DNA of 64,000 bases from positions 33,544,001 to 33,608,000 of the forward strand of contig CM052816.1 of the NCBI GenBank assembly GCA_028534125.1, in the 5' to 3' direction. The translations under genes and the position numbers were made by a program. This DNA comes from Lama glama. Taxonomy: Eukaryota. How positions within the stretch are numbered: position 1 is the stretch's first letter; every line of letters starts with the position of its first letter. This document shows positions 12,398 to 24,839 of the stretch, one piece after another. The notes under the pieces were generated by a model that did no database searches, was not told the origin of the DNA, and was given only the letters and a program-made list of their open reading frames with translations.

Positions 12398-13703
12398 AAA
12401 AGGTAGGCCAAGAGCATCACTTATACTATATTCTATCCATCAAAGCAATCACAAGCTTTGGCCAGATCCAAAAAGAGAGAAAACAGAATGTATGACATTT
12501 ACATGTAGGGTGTGGTAAAATTGGGACCATCTTAGGAAACTAGCTACTGCACAGTGTAATTGTTAAATTTTCACTAGTGGCGAACTGAAGTGGGATCATG
12601 GTAGAAGGAAAAGCAATGATGGGTACAATGTCTCAAATCTTTTAAAGGTTTGGGGAGAGTCAATTATAAGAACAATGAAATCAGATGGATTGTGTTGAGT
12701 GCAACCAGGTACTGGAAAAAGGAAAGGCCAAGACTGATTAATCACCAGTTTAAAGGCAAAGTGGAAAAGCTAGAGGGCCTCCTTGGTAGCTTCTGAAGAA
12801 TTCTTGCCTCCTGCAGCAGAAAGAGCTGTGAATCAGTTACAGGACTTGATTATAAAGATAGCATGTTGCATAAAAAGGTGAATTCTCGATCCTGGAAAGT
12901 CTGCTATACCAAGAGTAGAGCCTTTATCAGAAGGAATGGGACCCAAGTTTAGGGATGGAACTATCTTGGTTGATGTACTGGAGAAACTTGAAACCCCAGA
13001 TTTCTCTGAACCAGTTGGGCCTGTAGAAGTGGCCCACCTCTCTCTAATAAAGGCTGTTATACCTCCATTGCTTAGAGATGATAATGAGGCCTCTGTCTTG
13101 CAAGACAATATGCAACCCACTCAGCACTGACTCCCCACCATCCCTCTGAGTCTGTAGGCCAATAATTAGGGTCAAGTCACAATATAATATAACATACCAG
13201 GGAAGTGCTGGGCCTGCTATGGAAGGAAGGGGACTATACTCTGAAGGAGCTGCAGGATCTAGCCAACATACACAAGCATGAATTTGGATTCTGATGTTCC
13301 TGAAAGTCAGAACATAAACTGCATAAGAGAGATTTTATGGGCATGGGAACTATTGTGTTGATGCTGGATTTAAGCCCTCAAACAAAAATCTGTGTGATGC
13401 ACCACAAAGGAAATCTCCATTATTCAAAAACAGAAATCCTACAGTGCAAATTTTCTTACTAAATTGCAGTAAAATTAGAAACAAACCTCAAATAATACCA
13501 AGTCATTCACTTGGAAATTTTAACATACCCTTCAGATAAAATTAAAATTGAAATTACAAATTAATATTTATACCCTTTATAATGAAAGCACTAATTTTAA
13601 TAATCTGTGGAATGTAGTCAAAATGGTACTCACAGAAATATTCATAATTTTAAATGTATGTATTAGTAAACAACAAAGGTTGAAAATAAATGAGTTAAGA
13701 CTA

Positions 13704-14620
13704 TGTAACTGGCATGCTGAACTATCAAAAATTGATAGGAGGCAAACATAATGCAAATTCATTTATCTTTCACTACCTTTTTAACTCCATTCTATAGTCT
13801 CATTCTTTCCCTCCTCACCCACACACACACTTTTAGCTTAGGATCCCTCAGAGTTGGACTTGGGCAGAGTCAGAGATGGGATTAGGGGGTGTGGGGTAAG
13901 AAGAGTCTAACTTCATGGGGTGACAGGGTTTGTAACCAGGTGACAGTACTCTCTGTGCTTGCTGAATCTTCACTGCTGACTTCGTGGGGGTATGTTTGTG
14001 CACTTTCTAGAGATTTCTTCACTAGAAACATCAATTATAGCTCCTTTGATGTTGGCAGAGCTGTGCCTGGCCTGGCTACTTAAGATTTTGCCTTTGGGTT
14101 CAGTATCTAAGAGTTACCTCTTTTCGGTCCATTCAAAGCCACATGGCTCCACTTTTTATGAGTCATATCTGATTTATGGAAACGTACGCCTCTGCTCAGC
14201 AGTTAGTGGAGAAGACACCTCTCTTTGCTCTTCCCGAGGCAGACAGCTCAGGCCACATACTTTATGTCTTTCATTTTCTAAAGTGCAGACCACAAACCAT
14301 ACCTCTGCCCCATAAAACACTAGGTGCAAAAAAAGGAAGGCAAGGATATTAAATTATACAAGAGGGATTCTTAACGTCCTTCTAACTTGTCTAGAGGTCA
14401 GGGGGAACATCCCCCTATCCACTCACCCCACACACTAAGTGGAGGCAGGGGGAGAAAGTGTGGATGAAAAATGCCACCAAACAGTAACAGTTCCTCAGAT
14501 GAACTAGCTTGTCATTTTCAAATGTTAAGGGTCCTTGTCGGCTATTATTTCACTTTTGGCCTTTGGATTTCAGACAAAACGGAGATAGCAAATATCTGAT
14601 TACTCATCTTGTCACATACA
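13704..14620 (-). mobile_element. Ancient solo LTR (LTR78/LTR79-like)
   Basis: TG...CA termini on the minus strand (tgtatgtgacaagatgagtaatc ... catgccagttaca); cleanly interrupts the L1 ORF2 remnant. Family name tentative. Confidence 0.55.
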
Positions 14621-15255
14621 TAACTTAAGGAACCAGAAAAGATTGACAAAATAGAACAAAAGAAAGTTAAAGAAAAGAATTAGGAAATGTAAAAACAGAA
14701 ATTCATTAAATAAAATGAAACATTAAGCATAATCAGTAAAATCCAAAGTTCATTCTCAGAAAGTCCCATTAGACTGAACACCTGCCAATTACAATGAAAA
14801 AAAAAATCAGGAAAGACACAGGTAACCAACATTATAAATGAGAAGGGAATACATTAAACAAGGTAAGAATTATAAGAAAATATTATGGTTATTCTTATGC
14901 CACAAATTTAGAAAACTAGGTGAAGTATATCACTTCATAGAAAAGTATTTATTTTATAATTAACTCCAGAAGTATAAAAGTATGAACAGAAGTTTTATTA
15001 GCAAAGAAATTATCAAGGCAATTAAAATCTACTCCTTAAAAGACCTTACGTCCAAGTAATTTCATAGAAGGAATCTGTCAAACTTCAAATAGCAGATATT
15101 TTCCACATTATACATAAACTGTATAGCAGAGGAAAAAAAGTTTGGCAAATCATTCTTTGAGAATAGCAAAACTCTACTATCAACAAAGGACAAAAAGTAT
15201 GTAAAAAAGAGAAATATAGCCCAATATCTTCTCATGAATATTACAATATTAAGTA

Positions 15256-15500
15256 TAGTTGACCCTTGAACAATATGGGGGTGGTTAGAGGTGCCATCTC
15301 CCTGTGGAGTCAAAAATCCATGCATAGCTTATAGTCGGCCCTCCCATGTATAACATAGGTGATTCCTCTGAATCTACAGTTCTGCATCCTCAGATTCAAC
15401 CAACCTCAGGTTGTGTAGTACTGTAATATTTACTATTGAAAAAAATCTGCGTATAAGCGGACCCTCACAGTTCAAAACCATGTTGTTCAAGGGTCAACTG
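15256..15500. mobile_element. Tigger2-derived MITE (MER8/Tigger2a-like, TcMar-Tigger)
   Basis: TIRs tagttgacccttgaacaa (15256-15273) and ttgttcaagggtcaactg (15483-15500), 17/18 complementary; TA TSD both sides. Confidence 0.9.
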
Positions 15501-16004
15501 TACTAACATTCTAAATCCTCTAGAAATTAAAGAATAACATAATGCAGTAGGAGTCATCTCTGTCTTAGATACTTGCAAAAATCAGAGAAAACTTTTTTCT
15601 AGGTATACACACACACACACACACAAACACACGATAAAGAGGCAGAAATTTCAGTACTTTAAGAGATTCAGAAAATAGAGCATTATTCCACTGACCACTG
15701 ATTCTATAGCCAATACTACATTACATAAAATTCAGACATCATCACATTGGTTTCAGCCTTTTGCTTATGAGAAACTGTTTCTTTCTCTCATGTATCTGAA
15801 TTAATACTGACCCCCTTTCCTCTCCATGTCAGGCAGACAGATCACTGTCTAATCTCACCTAATGAGCTGTGATTGGCAGTGATCCTAACCAGTTATCACT
15901 CTATTACCTTACTCACACTGGAACTCACACTGGTTCCTCTCTGTTCTTTGATAGGAAAGGGAGAGAAAAAAAAATCTTGAAATGTACACTTATAAAGAAG
16001 AATC

Positions 16005-17880
16005 TAAGCAAGGGTTTCTTTGCTGAAATATAATTCCTGGTTAAACATTAGAAAATAAATGTATATATCATTATTAGCAGACTAAGGAAAAAATCAATTT
16101 GATTATATTCAATCCTCTTTAATGACTCAAAAAATTAGCAAGCAGAAACTAAAGAAAAATATCTTCAATTTAACAAAGGGTGTTTATATAGAAAATATCA
16201 CAGTTCACGGCAAAATATGAGAAGCATTCTGACTACAGACACAAGAAAAACGTATCTTCTATATCAATACTCGGTGTGATGAACACATGGGAGAAAAAAT
16301 TAAGAGGCATGAATATGAGAAACAAAGAAACAAAGCTGGCACATTTCTCTTTATAAGCACTATCCACTGAGGAAAACAGATCTTGTTTAAAAATATAAAA
16401 TACTTAGAAAATACCCTTCATTTTAAAATGTAGGGATCCTTGTCACCTATTATTTGGCTTTTGGCCTTTGGATTTCAGACAAAATCAAATATCTGATTTA
16501 CTTAATCAGAGTAAATTTTGATTTAATCAAAAGTCTGTCTATCTGTCTTTCTCTCTATCTAGCTTCAAAGAGAAGATGACTCAGAAGAGCCAAAAACATC
16601 TGAAAAAGACTATTAATGACACAGGACTCCTAAGCAGATATGAATACATAGTATGAGGCCCAAGCTAATTTATTAAGCCTGGAGAGTTTAGGAATAGGGA
16701 AATAAAGTTGAAAAGGGTATATAAGACTTTATTATTAACTCAGGCTTATTAATTAGTGGGAAAAGATTATGTGTTTACTAAATCGTAGGAAAGTAGCTAT
16801 CACATGAAAAAAGCAAAGCAAGATACTATCTATGCCTTATGTTTGCTAAAACAAATTCCATATGGGTTAAAGCACTAAACGTTAAGCAAAAATATAAATG
16901 TGTTAAAGGAAAATACAGAATACTTTTAAAACCTTGGGGTAATAAAGGTCTTCTCAAGTGAGACCCCCAACCCCAAAACCATCAAGTTTATGTGAGATTT
17001 CTCCTAAAAATCTTTAGTTTTTGTATGATTGGGGAAAAAAATAAAAAGATATGCAAGTGACAGAGATAAATTACTGCAACACATTTAGCAGACAAGGTAT
17101 TAATAACCAGAATGTATAAATAATTTAGGAAAAGGCAAACAACTCAACACTAAAATGAGTAAAGGATGCCAGATGGCAATTCTCACAAAGATAAACAAAA
17201 TGGGCATTAAACATAGAGGACAGTCATTCCCACAGGCAACCGTGTGTGTGTGTATGCGTGTGTTTTCACTTATTAGATGGCATAAACTCGCAAATTTGGG
17301 AAAGGTATAGGGAACCTGGCACATTCGTATGCAGTACATAGAAGTCTTGTGGGAAGGCAACTAGAAAGTATATTTTTTATATTTTAAATTCCTTTAGGGT
17401 AGAAATTCTGCTTCTAGCAATACATTTTGAAGAATTACTTTTTTGAGAGTCCAGTGATATATTCAAGCTATTCATAACTTTACTGCATTAGTGTAAAACT
17501 GGGAACACTGATATGTATTTCAATAGGGAAGTTATACGTGGAATTTGATATACAGCATGTAAAAAGAATTATATACATACATATATATAAAATACGAACA
17601 ATTTGCTAATTATTTTTCACAAGTTCAAGTAATAAGATATGGCCTCTTTGTATTAAAAATTAGGAAGCAAATATAAATATATGTATATATATCTGCATGT
17701 GTATACACACATCTAAATGCATGGGAAGGGACGGAAGAATGAGTATCAGACTTGTGACAGTGGTACCAACGGGGAAAGGAAAGTAGGAGCAGCATACTAC
17801 AGGGGTCATTCCAGGGTTTGTTCTTAATAATTCTGTATTTAAAAAATCTTTTAAAATGAGAAAATATTCATGCATTAGTG
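16005..17880 (+). mobile_element. Highly decayed L1ME ORF2/3' end
   Basis: ctggttaaacattagaaaa (WFNI-like), aaattccatatgggttaaagcactaaacgt, ggatgccagatggcaattctcacaaag, aattctgcttctagcaat. Confidence 0.6.
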
Positions 17881-18268
17881 GGGTAATTCAAAAGACAAAA
17901 CAATTAGAGGAGTGAAGTAGCAAAGAATTTCCTTTTTTGTCCCTGGCCACTTTTGTCTATAACGGACAAACTAGCCCCCTAATCTGGCTACCCCATTAAT
18001 TTTTGCCATTTATTTGTCAGGCTTTGAGACAGGGCCAAATTTTAAATGGATGCAGAGGAAAAGAAATAACATTATTCACCACAACAATCATCTCAAAAGC
18101 CTTCATTTTAGATACACATTTACCTACCTTCCACACTTTCTCCCACTGGAATTTAGAATTTTCCTTTTTGAAACTTCTAGTTGCTAAGCAACATTTTTTC
18201 TTTGCTGTGGAGCTTGGTTGCCATATTAACTTATCAGCATGATCTTCCTCTTCTTTTCCTCCTAATAA

Positions 18269-18269
<1 letters not shown>

Positions 18270-18299
<30 letters not shown>
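18270..18299. repeat. (CA)15 microsatellite
   Basis: Perfect CA run. Confidence 0.95.
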
Positions 18300-18300
<1 letters not shown>

Positions 18301-18576
18301 CTTTCTAGAACTCATCCATGCACATAGTGTTTATTCATTCGTTTGCTTCATAAGAAATTAAAGTCTTATCTTTTTTTTATTGTTGCAAACTCATAACCAA
18401 AAGAATGAAGAGAGAATTTCTCTTCCTTCTTCTAAGAAGACAGCCACCTCAGAGATAGCTTTCCAAAAACTGAGAAGAGGACTAGTCTGAGGATTAGAGT
18501 TTGGGGATGGAGTCCTAGGTTTACATGTTTCTTACTATAGGGTAGTAGTTTTCAGATGGTTAAGACCTATTACAAT

Positions 18577-18690
18577 TTCATTCAGTCAATATATATTGAT
18601 TGACTACTATGCTCCCTATAATGTACTGAATATTGAGAATGCAATGGTCAATGAAAAGAGTTACCACCCTCAAGCAACTTACATTTAGAG
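18577..18690 (-). mobile_element. L2 3' end
   Basis: ttcattcagtcaatatatattgattgactactatg...ccctcaagcaacttacatttag. Confidence 0.6.
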
Positions 18691-19051
18691 TATGATTCAA
18701 TATGAATGTATGTCCTTGCCTCTAGCCTATTCAAACTCTGCTCCAGCTTCCAAATGTACATTCACCTGAGCTTGGTGATGGCTGTCAGGGGGAGAGGGTT
18801 TACAGGGGAGTATGTGTGAAACTTTATTCCCTACCTGGGTTCTGAAAGACTGAGGGGGTATAGCAAATTTCCTCCTTTGGCCAACAGAGTCTGAAGACTG
18901 GCGGTGGAGAGGCCTCAGACAAGGATCTGAGATCCGGGACTCCTGGTGAGATTTTGGCGTTTGGAGAGCTTTGGTCCCTCTGTAGGAGCTACTGGTCATC
19001 TTGGCCTTGGAATAGCTATTAGGGATACACACATGAGGAATGCTCTTGTGG

Positions 19052-19255
19052 GCAGAATAGCATATTCTCTTGCTGTGGACAAAGACTGCCTGGATTTAAG
19101 TCCTGGCTCCACTGCTTCCTAGTAGTAAAAGCTTGGGCAACTTTAACTCCTCTTTCATAAAATAGAGGTAATAGTGTATAGACCAAAGGGTTGATATAAT
19201 AGGAATCTTTAATTTTTATAAATTGCTTAGAACAAGACCTGAAACATAATATAGT
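19052..19255 (+). mobile_element. MIR SINE
   Basis: agactgcctggatttaagtcctggctccactgcttcctag...ttgggcaa...aaaatagaggtaatag...gcttagaacaagacctgaaacata. Confidence 0.75.
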
Positions 19256-19639
19256 CAAAAATTGTGTATTTCTTCATCCTGACACTAATTCTGTAGCTAA
19301 GACTGGAAAGGAAAGAGGCTTCTTTAGGAAGAAGCCATGCTTGTCTATCATCAACTCACAAGAATATATAATACCGTGTCTCCCACCATTTTCTTAATTA
19401 TGTTGCCGTTTGTTAGTACCCAACAAACCACCCTGAGCCCTGAAGGCAATAAGAGCCAGTGCCCAAAGGGACCCATCATCAGATGGAGGAAAAATAAGCA
19501 GAGCTTGTAGCTACTGGTGAAAAGGTAGCTCCAGGGGTAAGAACTTCTGATAGGGAACAGGTCATACATTTAACACCATTAACAACAATAAAATAATAAG
19601 AGCACTTAAGGATGCTTAATCACCACATTAAAAAATGTT

Positions 19640-20500
19640 TTCTGGAAATAAGAGGTGTATGGCTTTTAATTTTTTTAAGGCAATGCATTAGATGAAATGA
19701 ACAGAATGATCAGTGCTGAGAACTGAATTAGTGTCATGGAAAATCAAAGTGCAGAAGTGTGTCAAAATGGAGCAAAATTTTAAAAAGATATAAATCCCCA
19801 GGGAAGAAAGAAGTGATTTGAAGAACACTTGGAAGTTTAAATAAGCAAATGATGGATTATCCAGGAGAGAAAAAAACAAGGGAAGAGAGACAAAAATTAA
19901 ATACTAGAGAAAAATTCCCTGGCTTTAAAAGAGATTAGATTCTGCAGGTTAATAGTGCTCACTGAATTTGAACAAGATTGACTTGTAAAAGATAACATCT
20001 ATATGTATTATGATAAAATGCTTCAATCTCAAGGATAAAGAACAAAACAAAACATAAGCTTCTAGACAGAAGGATGAGTTACAAAGGTAAAAAGAACAGA
20101 CTGATATTAGATTTCTTAATCTGTGATCCTGGAAGCTAGATGGCATTTAAATAACATCAACAGACCAGTGAGAGTAAAGAACTGTGAAACAATAAACAAA
20201 AATTCACAAAAGGTTATCAGCACACATCTCATCTGAACAGAATACTCAAAAAAGAACTTTAGCCAAAAGAGTGAATCAGAACAGAAATCTTAACATAAGC
20301 AAAGGTGAAGAAGAAAGAAAACGGTGGTAAGAAATGAACTTTGCAGTATATGCGAAAATGACTCAAAATAATTAAGGCTTTGAAATAAAATTATATTCTC
20401 TAAAATAATACAAAAATAATAGTTTAGAATTAAAACATGAAATAATTTCGCCCAAGCTTTTGTGTTAAGAATGAGGAAAAAGGGAGAGAAGTAGTAGAAT
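19640..20500 (+). mobile_element. Ancient HAL1-like ORF1 remnant
   Basis: gctgagaactgaattagtgtcatggaaaatcaa, agagaaaaattccctggct, aaagaacagactgatattagatttct, ctggaagctaga: ORF1-like order without downstream ORF2. Confidence 0.5.
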
Positions 20501-20592
20501 TCCAGTCATAGCTTGGGGAAAGTAGGGAATTGGAACACTTATCTAACGTTTGGGGAGCAGGGAGGGATGAGATTTGCTTTGGTCAGGGGGAC

Positions 20593-21075
20593 TGTCTCCA
20601 TTTGTGATGCATTCAGCTACACAAAATGAAATCCAAATAAATAGAGGCTTGTGTTTCTCATGTAACAGAAGTTGGGTGCAGGCAGTCCAGAATAACTTCA
20701 CACTGCCAACAAGGGCCTGAATTCCTGCATTTCCATTGCCCCTTTTCTTGAGGCTTCTGTCATAATGATCACAAGATGGCTTCTCAACCTTTGGGCATAA
20801 TACCTGCATTTTAGGCAGGAAGAAAAGAAAGGGCAAAGGGCAAAAATAAATGCCAGTCTGGAGTATATATACTATTGTTCTCCCTAAAGACCCATCTAAT
20901 CGATTTCTGTTTGTATATCATTAGCCAGGGAGTAGTCCTTGGCCACTCTTCGTCTAAAGAAAGCATGGGAAATCAAGGTTGCAACTCTCTCTCTCCCCCA
21001 AAGAAATCTGCATTGTGATTAGCACAAAAGAAGGAGAGAATGTTATAGGCAGGTAGGTAACTAGCAGTGTCTACA
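20593..21075 (-). mobile_element. MaLR LTR (MLT1J-like)
   Basis: ttctcatgtaacagaagt...ggcagtccag, tcacaagatggct, ttaggcaggaagaa, cattagccag, ending ggtaggtaactagcagtgtctaca. Confidence 0.75.
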
Positions 21076-21362
21076 AAGGGAAAAGTTAATATTTGCTTTT
21101 ATATCATAAGTGAGAATTTGTGTTTGAAATGGGAAGGTAACCCTTAGTGCAATGGAAACATAAAAGTGAACTTTCAAATTAACAACAGAAAAAAGAGAAT
21201 AAAGTGTAGTTTGATGATACCAAGAGAAACAAGGAAAAGTAAAGAAGGAAATGATAAAATAAAATAAATAGTAAACATTAATATGTAGGAAGTATATAAG
21301 TTCTTATTTCAAATATGAGAGGGCCAAATTGCTCTAATTTTGCTTAAAAAAACAAAGTCCAA

Positions 21363-21850
21363 ACATTGAGGGCATTATGTTAAGTAAAGTAAGTCAGAGA
21401 AAGAAAAACACTATTGATCTCATTTATATATGTTCAGTCTATAAACAACAACAAGCAAACAAAAAACCCCAAAAAGGAACTCATTGGCACAGAGAACAGA
21501 TCTGTGGTGCTAGAGGCAGGGAATGGGGTAGGTGAAAAGGGCAAAAGGGGTTAAAAGGTACAAACTTCCAGCTATAAAATAAGTAAGTCCTGGGGACCTA
21601 ATGCACAGCATGGTGACTAAAGTTGATAATACTGTATTGTATATTTGAAAGTTGCTAAGAGAGTAGATCTTAAAAGTTCTCATCACAAGAAAACCAGAAA
21701 TTTATAACTATGTGTGATGATGGATATTAACTAGACTCACTGGGGTGATCATTTTGCAATATATATAAATATCAAATCATTATGTTGTACACCTGAAACT
21801 AATATAATGTTAAGTGTCAATTATATCTCAATAAAAAAGAAAAACAAAAA
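21363..21850 (+). mobile_element. L1MA9-like 3' end
   Basis: aaggtacaaacttccagctataaaataagtaagtcctgggga...gttgctaagagagtagatcttaaaagttctcatcac...tgttgtacacctgaaactaatataatg...tatatctcaataaaa. Confidence 0.85.
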
Positions 21851-23390
21851 CCAATCCCAACCTATCTGAGAAATATACCTAAAGTGATAAATTTTAAAAT
21901 GAGAACAAAATAATAGAAAAATAATTACTAGGTAAATATAAATAAAAGAGAATAAGAGTGAAAAAGTACATATAAAACAAGGTACAATTTAAAAATACAA
22001 TCACTACTTTGCCAAAGGGGCCATTATATAATGAGAAAAAGCAGAATTTTTGAACACGATATAACAGGCATATACTTGTATGCTTCAAACAACACAGTGA
22101 CTAAAAACACATAGTGATAACTGTTATAATGATAAAACTGAAAACTATAGAGAGGGATTTTAACATGTCACTTTAAGAATTAGGCCAATCTAGTAGAAAA
22201 GAAGCTTATTTTCCAGTAAAGTTATTGGGAATGAGGGAATGGAACAGACAAGCAGATAGGTAATTATAACATAGGGAAATTACTGCTATGAGAGAAATGA
22301 ATACAGGATGCCTCTAACCTAATTTCCTTTCCAGTAGGTGTTAAACACACAAAGTAGGTTAAACAAGAATGTTTTCTGCCTTCTAGGAGTTCACGATTAG
22401 ATAATTCCAGTCTGGGACACCCTTCAAGGTCAACTCGTTCTGTTTCTAAAGTTTTCCCTAGTTTAAAAGTGAAGATTTAACAAACACATCGTCAAAATAA
22501 CCTATAATAAATATACATGACTTCACTAAATAATTTTTTTCAAAAAAGAAAATGTGATTTATTTTTTAGATTACTGATACCATTTGTTAAATATTTTATT
22601 TATTTATTTATTTATTAAATATTTTAAATGAAGTAAATGTCTAGGAAAAAATATTTATCTAATTAATCATTCTTTCTTATTTATATAGAAGTGTATTAAG
22701 AATAGATGTCCACGGGTCCTTTAAAACAACCAGTGTTCCAAGATGAAAGTGTTGATCAGTGATGTTTGCTGTTATAAGGATGTGCTTGACTGACAGAGGT
22801 TCTGAGGGGCTCCCAAGATTATGACTTCATCACTTAGGTCACCCACTGCTCCTTTATCCTCTCAAGAAAGTTGAAACTTTTCTACCATGTACTTCTAGTG
22901 CTCCTTTCCTCCTCCAAATTTAACCACTCTCAGTTTTTTCCTGCACTTATTCTAATACATTTACTGTTACAGTTCTGAAGTGTACTCATTCGTGATTCAA
23001 ATATATAATAGTTACTGGAGCACACTGAGACCTTGAATTTTACAGAAAAGAGAACTGTGAATTACATAATCCAGTTTTTTTGGAAACAGTGTCTGGATAA
23101 AACTCCAACCTAGAAAGATGCTTATGAAATACATACACAAAATTACTTACAAAAATCTATGAGTACAACAATTAGATACGAACTTTTAAAAATATGATGT
23201 GCTATGTTACAGGAGAATATAATTTCATTGCTGCATCTCAGATTTTGCATTTACTTCTTCCTGATTGCCTCATTTCTTACAGCTCAGTGAATGATGATCA
23301 TTAAAAATCATTTAGCCATCATTCAGATCATTGCTAAAAGTTTTTTTTTCCTGAGTCTAACCCTAGCAAGCTGGTAATTAACAACTATTA

Positions 23391-23720
23391 CAGTGACTTT
23401 CAGTGACGACTATACCATGTCCAAGGGAGAATTCTGTAGATCTGAGGGGCCATTTTGGGCCATGGCAGTGACTGAGGAGTCCTAACTGAATTTAGTGGAC
23501 AAGGTAAGAGATGTTAGGGGTTCTGCAATGCAAGGAACACTGAAGAGCTGCCTCACATGAGTACAATTTTCCAATATTCCACCAGATGTTTATGCAATTG
23601 AAAGACCAAGTTATGATCAACTGAGCTTAAAATATTTGACATAAATAAGCATAAATTTTAAATATAATCACAAAGTATTTTCTCATGGTTTTAATATTTT
23701 TCAAGAATGCAACTAGAAAA
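23391..23720 (+). mobile_element. hAT-Charlie MITE, MER20B-like
   Basis: cagtgactttca start; atttagtgga, ttctgcaatgc, ttccaccagatgtttatgcaattgaaa, ctgagctta, cacaaagtattttctcatggttttaata, aagaatgcaacta follow the recalled MER20B order. Confidence 0.7.
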
Positions 23721-24069
23721 TTGACCAACATTTTAGGAAATCATTTTTTGAGGAGCAATGTTGTTTGTGTAGACAATACAGTACATTGACATTGGCCTAC
23801 ATTTTTATTCTTAGTTAACAAACAAACATGTAACAGAGGAGACTGAGACTCGTTGTAAGAGTCTTATAGGCAAATATTTTTAAATTAGCAAAGACATATG
23901 ACATGTAGAAGTTTTAATGGATTTATTCATAAAAGGTTTTTTAATTTTTCATATTAATGACCTCCTATGTAATTTTTAATTATAGTACAGGATAAATCTA
24001 GGTTAAGCTACACATTAAAATTATTTCTTTTGGGGTTACTTGTTACTCTTACTTTTCTGCTTTCCCCAG

Positions 24070-24149
24070 AGTCTATCATACAACCTCTCTGCGGCCCCTG
24101 TGTTTCAGTCCATCTGCTATCCATGGCCTCCAAGGCTCTGAGACTAAAG
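24070..24149 (+). CDS. Candidate internal coding exon (80 nt) of an unidentified gene
   Basis: Strong acceptor ctcttacttttctgctttccccag|, donor aag|gtaatt; GC-richer unique island in AT-rich non-repeat DNA; frame 2 reads VYHTTSLRPLCFSPSAIHGLQGSETK (phase 2 in, phase 1 out). Confidence 0.5.
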
Positions 24150-24839
24150 GTAATTGCCTGTAATTGTCTGATATGTTATCCCCATATTAACTTAGATTAG
24201 TTCATTGTATATTGTATATAAATAAGTCTTATTTGTTATTATTTATCTCAATATTAGGTTTTATTTTTGTGTCCCCTCTACATCTGCTTGAGTTTCCTGT
24301 GTTCTCATTCTGGAAGTGTCAGATCAATTTCTCTTAAATCCAAATTTACTCATTAAGATGAAGTGCAAATATGTGGCTTCCTCATTATACTTTCTGCTAA
24401 TATTTACATATTTAAATATATATAGTTTTATGAACTATTATCCATTTTAAGAGTTAGGCTATTATTATATTGCGTTTTCAAAAGTATATTTTCTAGTTTT
24501 TAGTTTCTCTAAATTTAATTAAAGAACAGTGAATGGGGCATTCGATTTGATAGAATTAGGAGCCATAGATCTATGCGATTTCCCAAAGATTTACTGGATA
24601 TGGGCATGGGCATGATTATGATTGTGGTTATGGCTATGGTTCACAGTTATGTTAACAGTTATGATTACCTTAGGGTTACATACCAAAATTAAACCAGAAT
24701 GACATCTAAGTACTAATCTACAAATTTTGAGGAAAATATTTTGTGGATTTACTCTTCATTTCACTTTCTCTATCCTCTTTCTTTAACTATCCCTGACAAT
24801 ATATTTTTTCCCTTCTCCCTTCTAAAATGTTTATACTTT

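Larger units (their letters stand above)
10945..12553 (-). mobile_element. MaLR LTR (MLT1G/H-like), split by a young L1 (pieces 10945-11276 and 12414-12553)
   Basis: ttattttctcatgattctgc-like start block, ctcagttgggcagttctt, gctgggttccaaaagggaacattc; right piece caaagcaatcacaag...ggccagatccaa...ccatcttaggaaactagctactgcaca. Confidence 0.7.
10803..13375 (+). pseudogene. ERVL internal region with decayed gag (ERV3-16A3-like), in two pieces 10803-10940 and 12554-13375
   Basis: gactatactctgaaggagctgcaggatctagccaac = DYTLKELQDLAN, then fragments resembling WIL..., NIKL.KRDFMGMG and DAGF of ERV-L gag; multiple stops and frameshifts. Confidence 0.7.
13400..15560 (+). mobile_element. Ancient L1ME-type ORF2 remnant interrupted by an LTR and a MITE
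   Basis: ORF 13548-13751 contains NLWNVVKMVLTEIFIILNVCISKQQRLKINEL (ORF2 post-EN motif); sequence resumes colinearly at 14621 (taacttaaggaaccagaaaa). Confidence 0.7.

Noticed and set aside
21347..21862. TSD around the L1MA9-like element
   Set aside because: Similarity is mostly A-runs and too diverged to call.
22689..23340. Acceptor-like sites at ~22688 and ~23262
   Set aside because: All three frames hit stops shortly downstream and there is no good donor.
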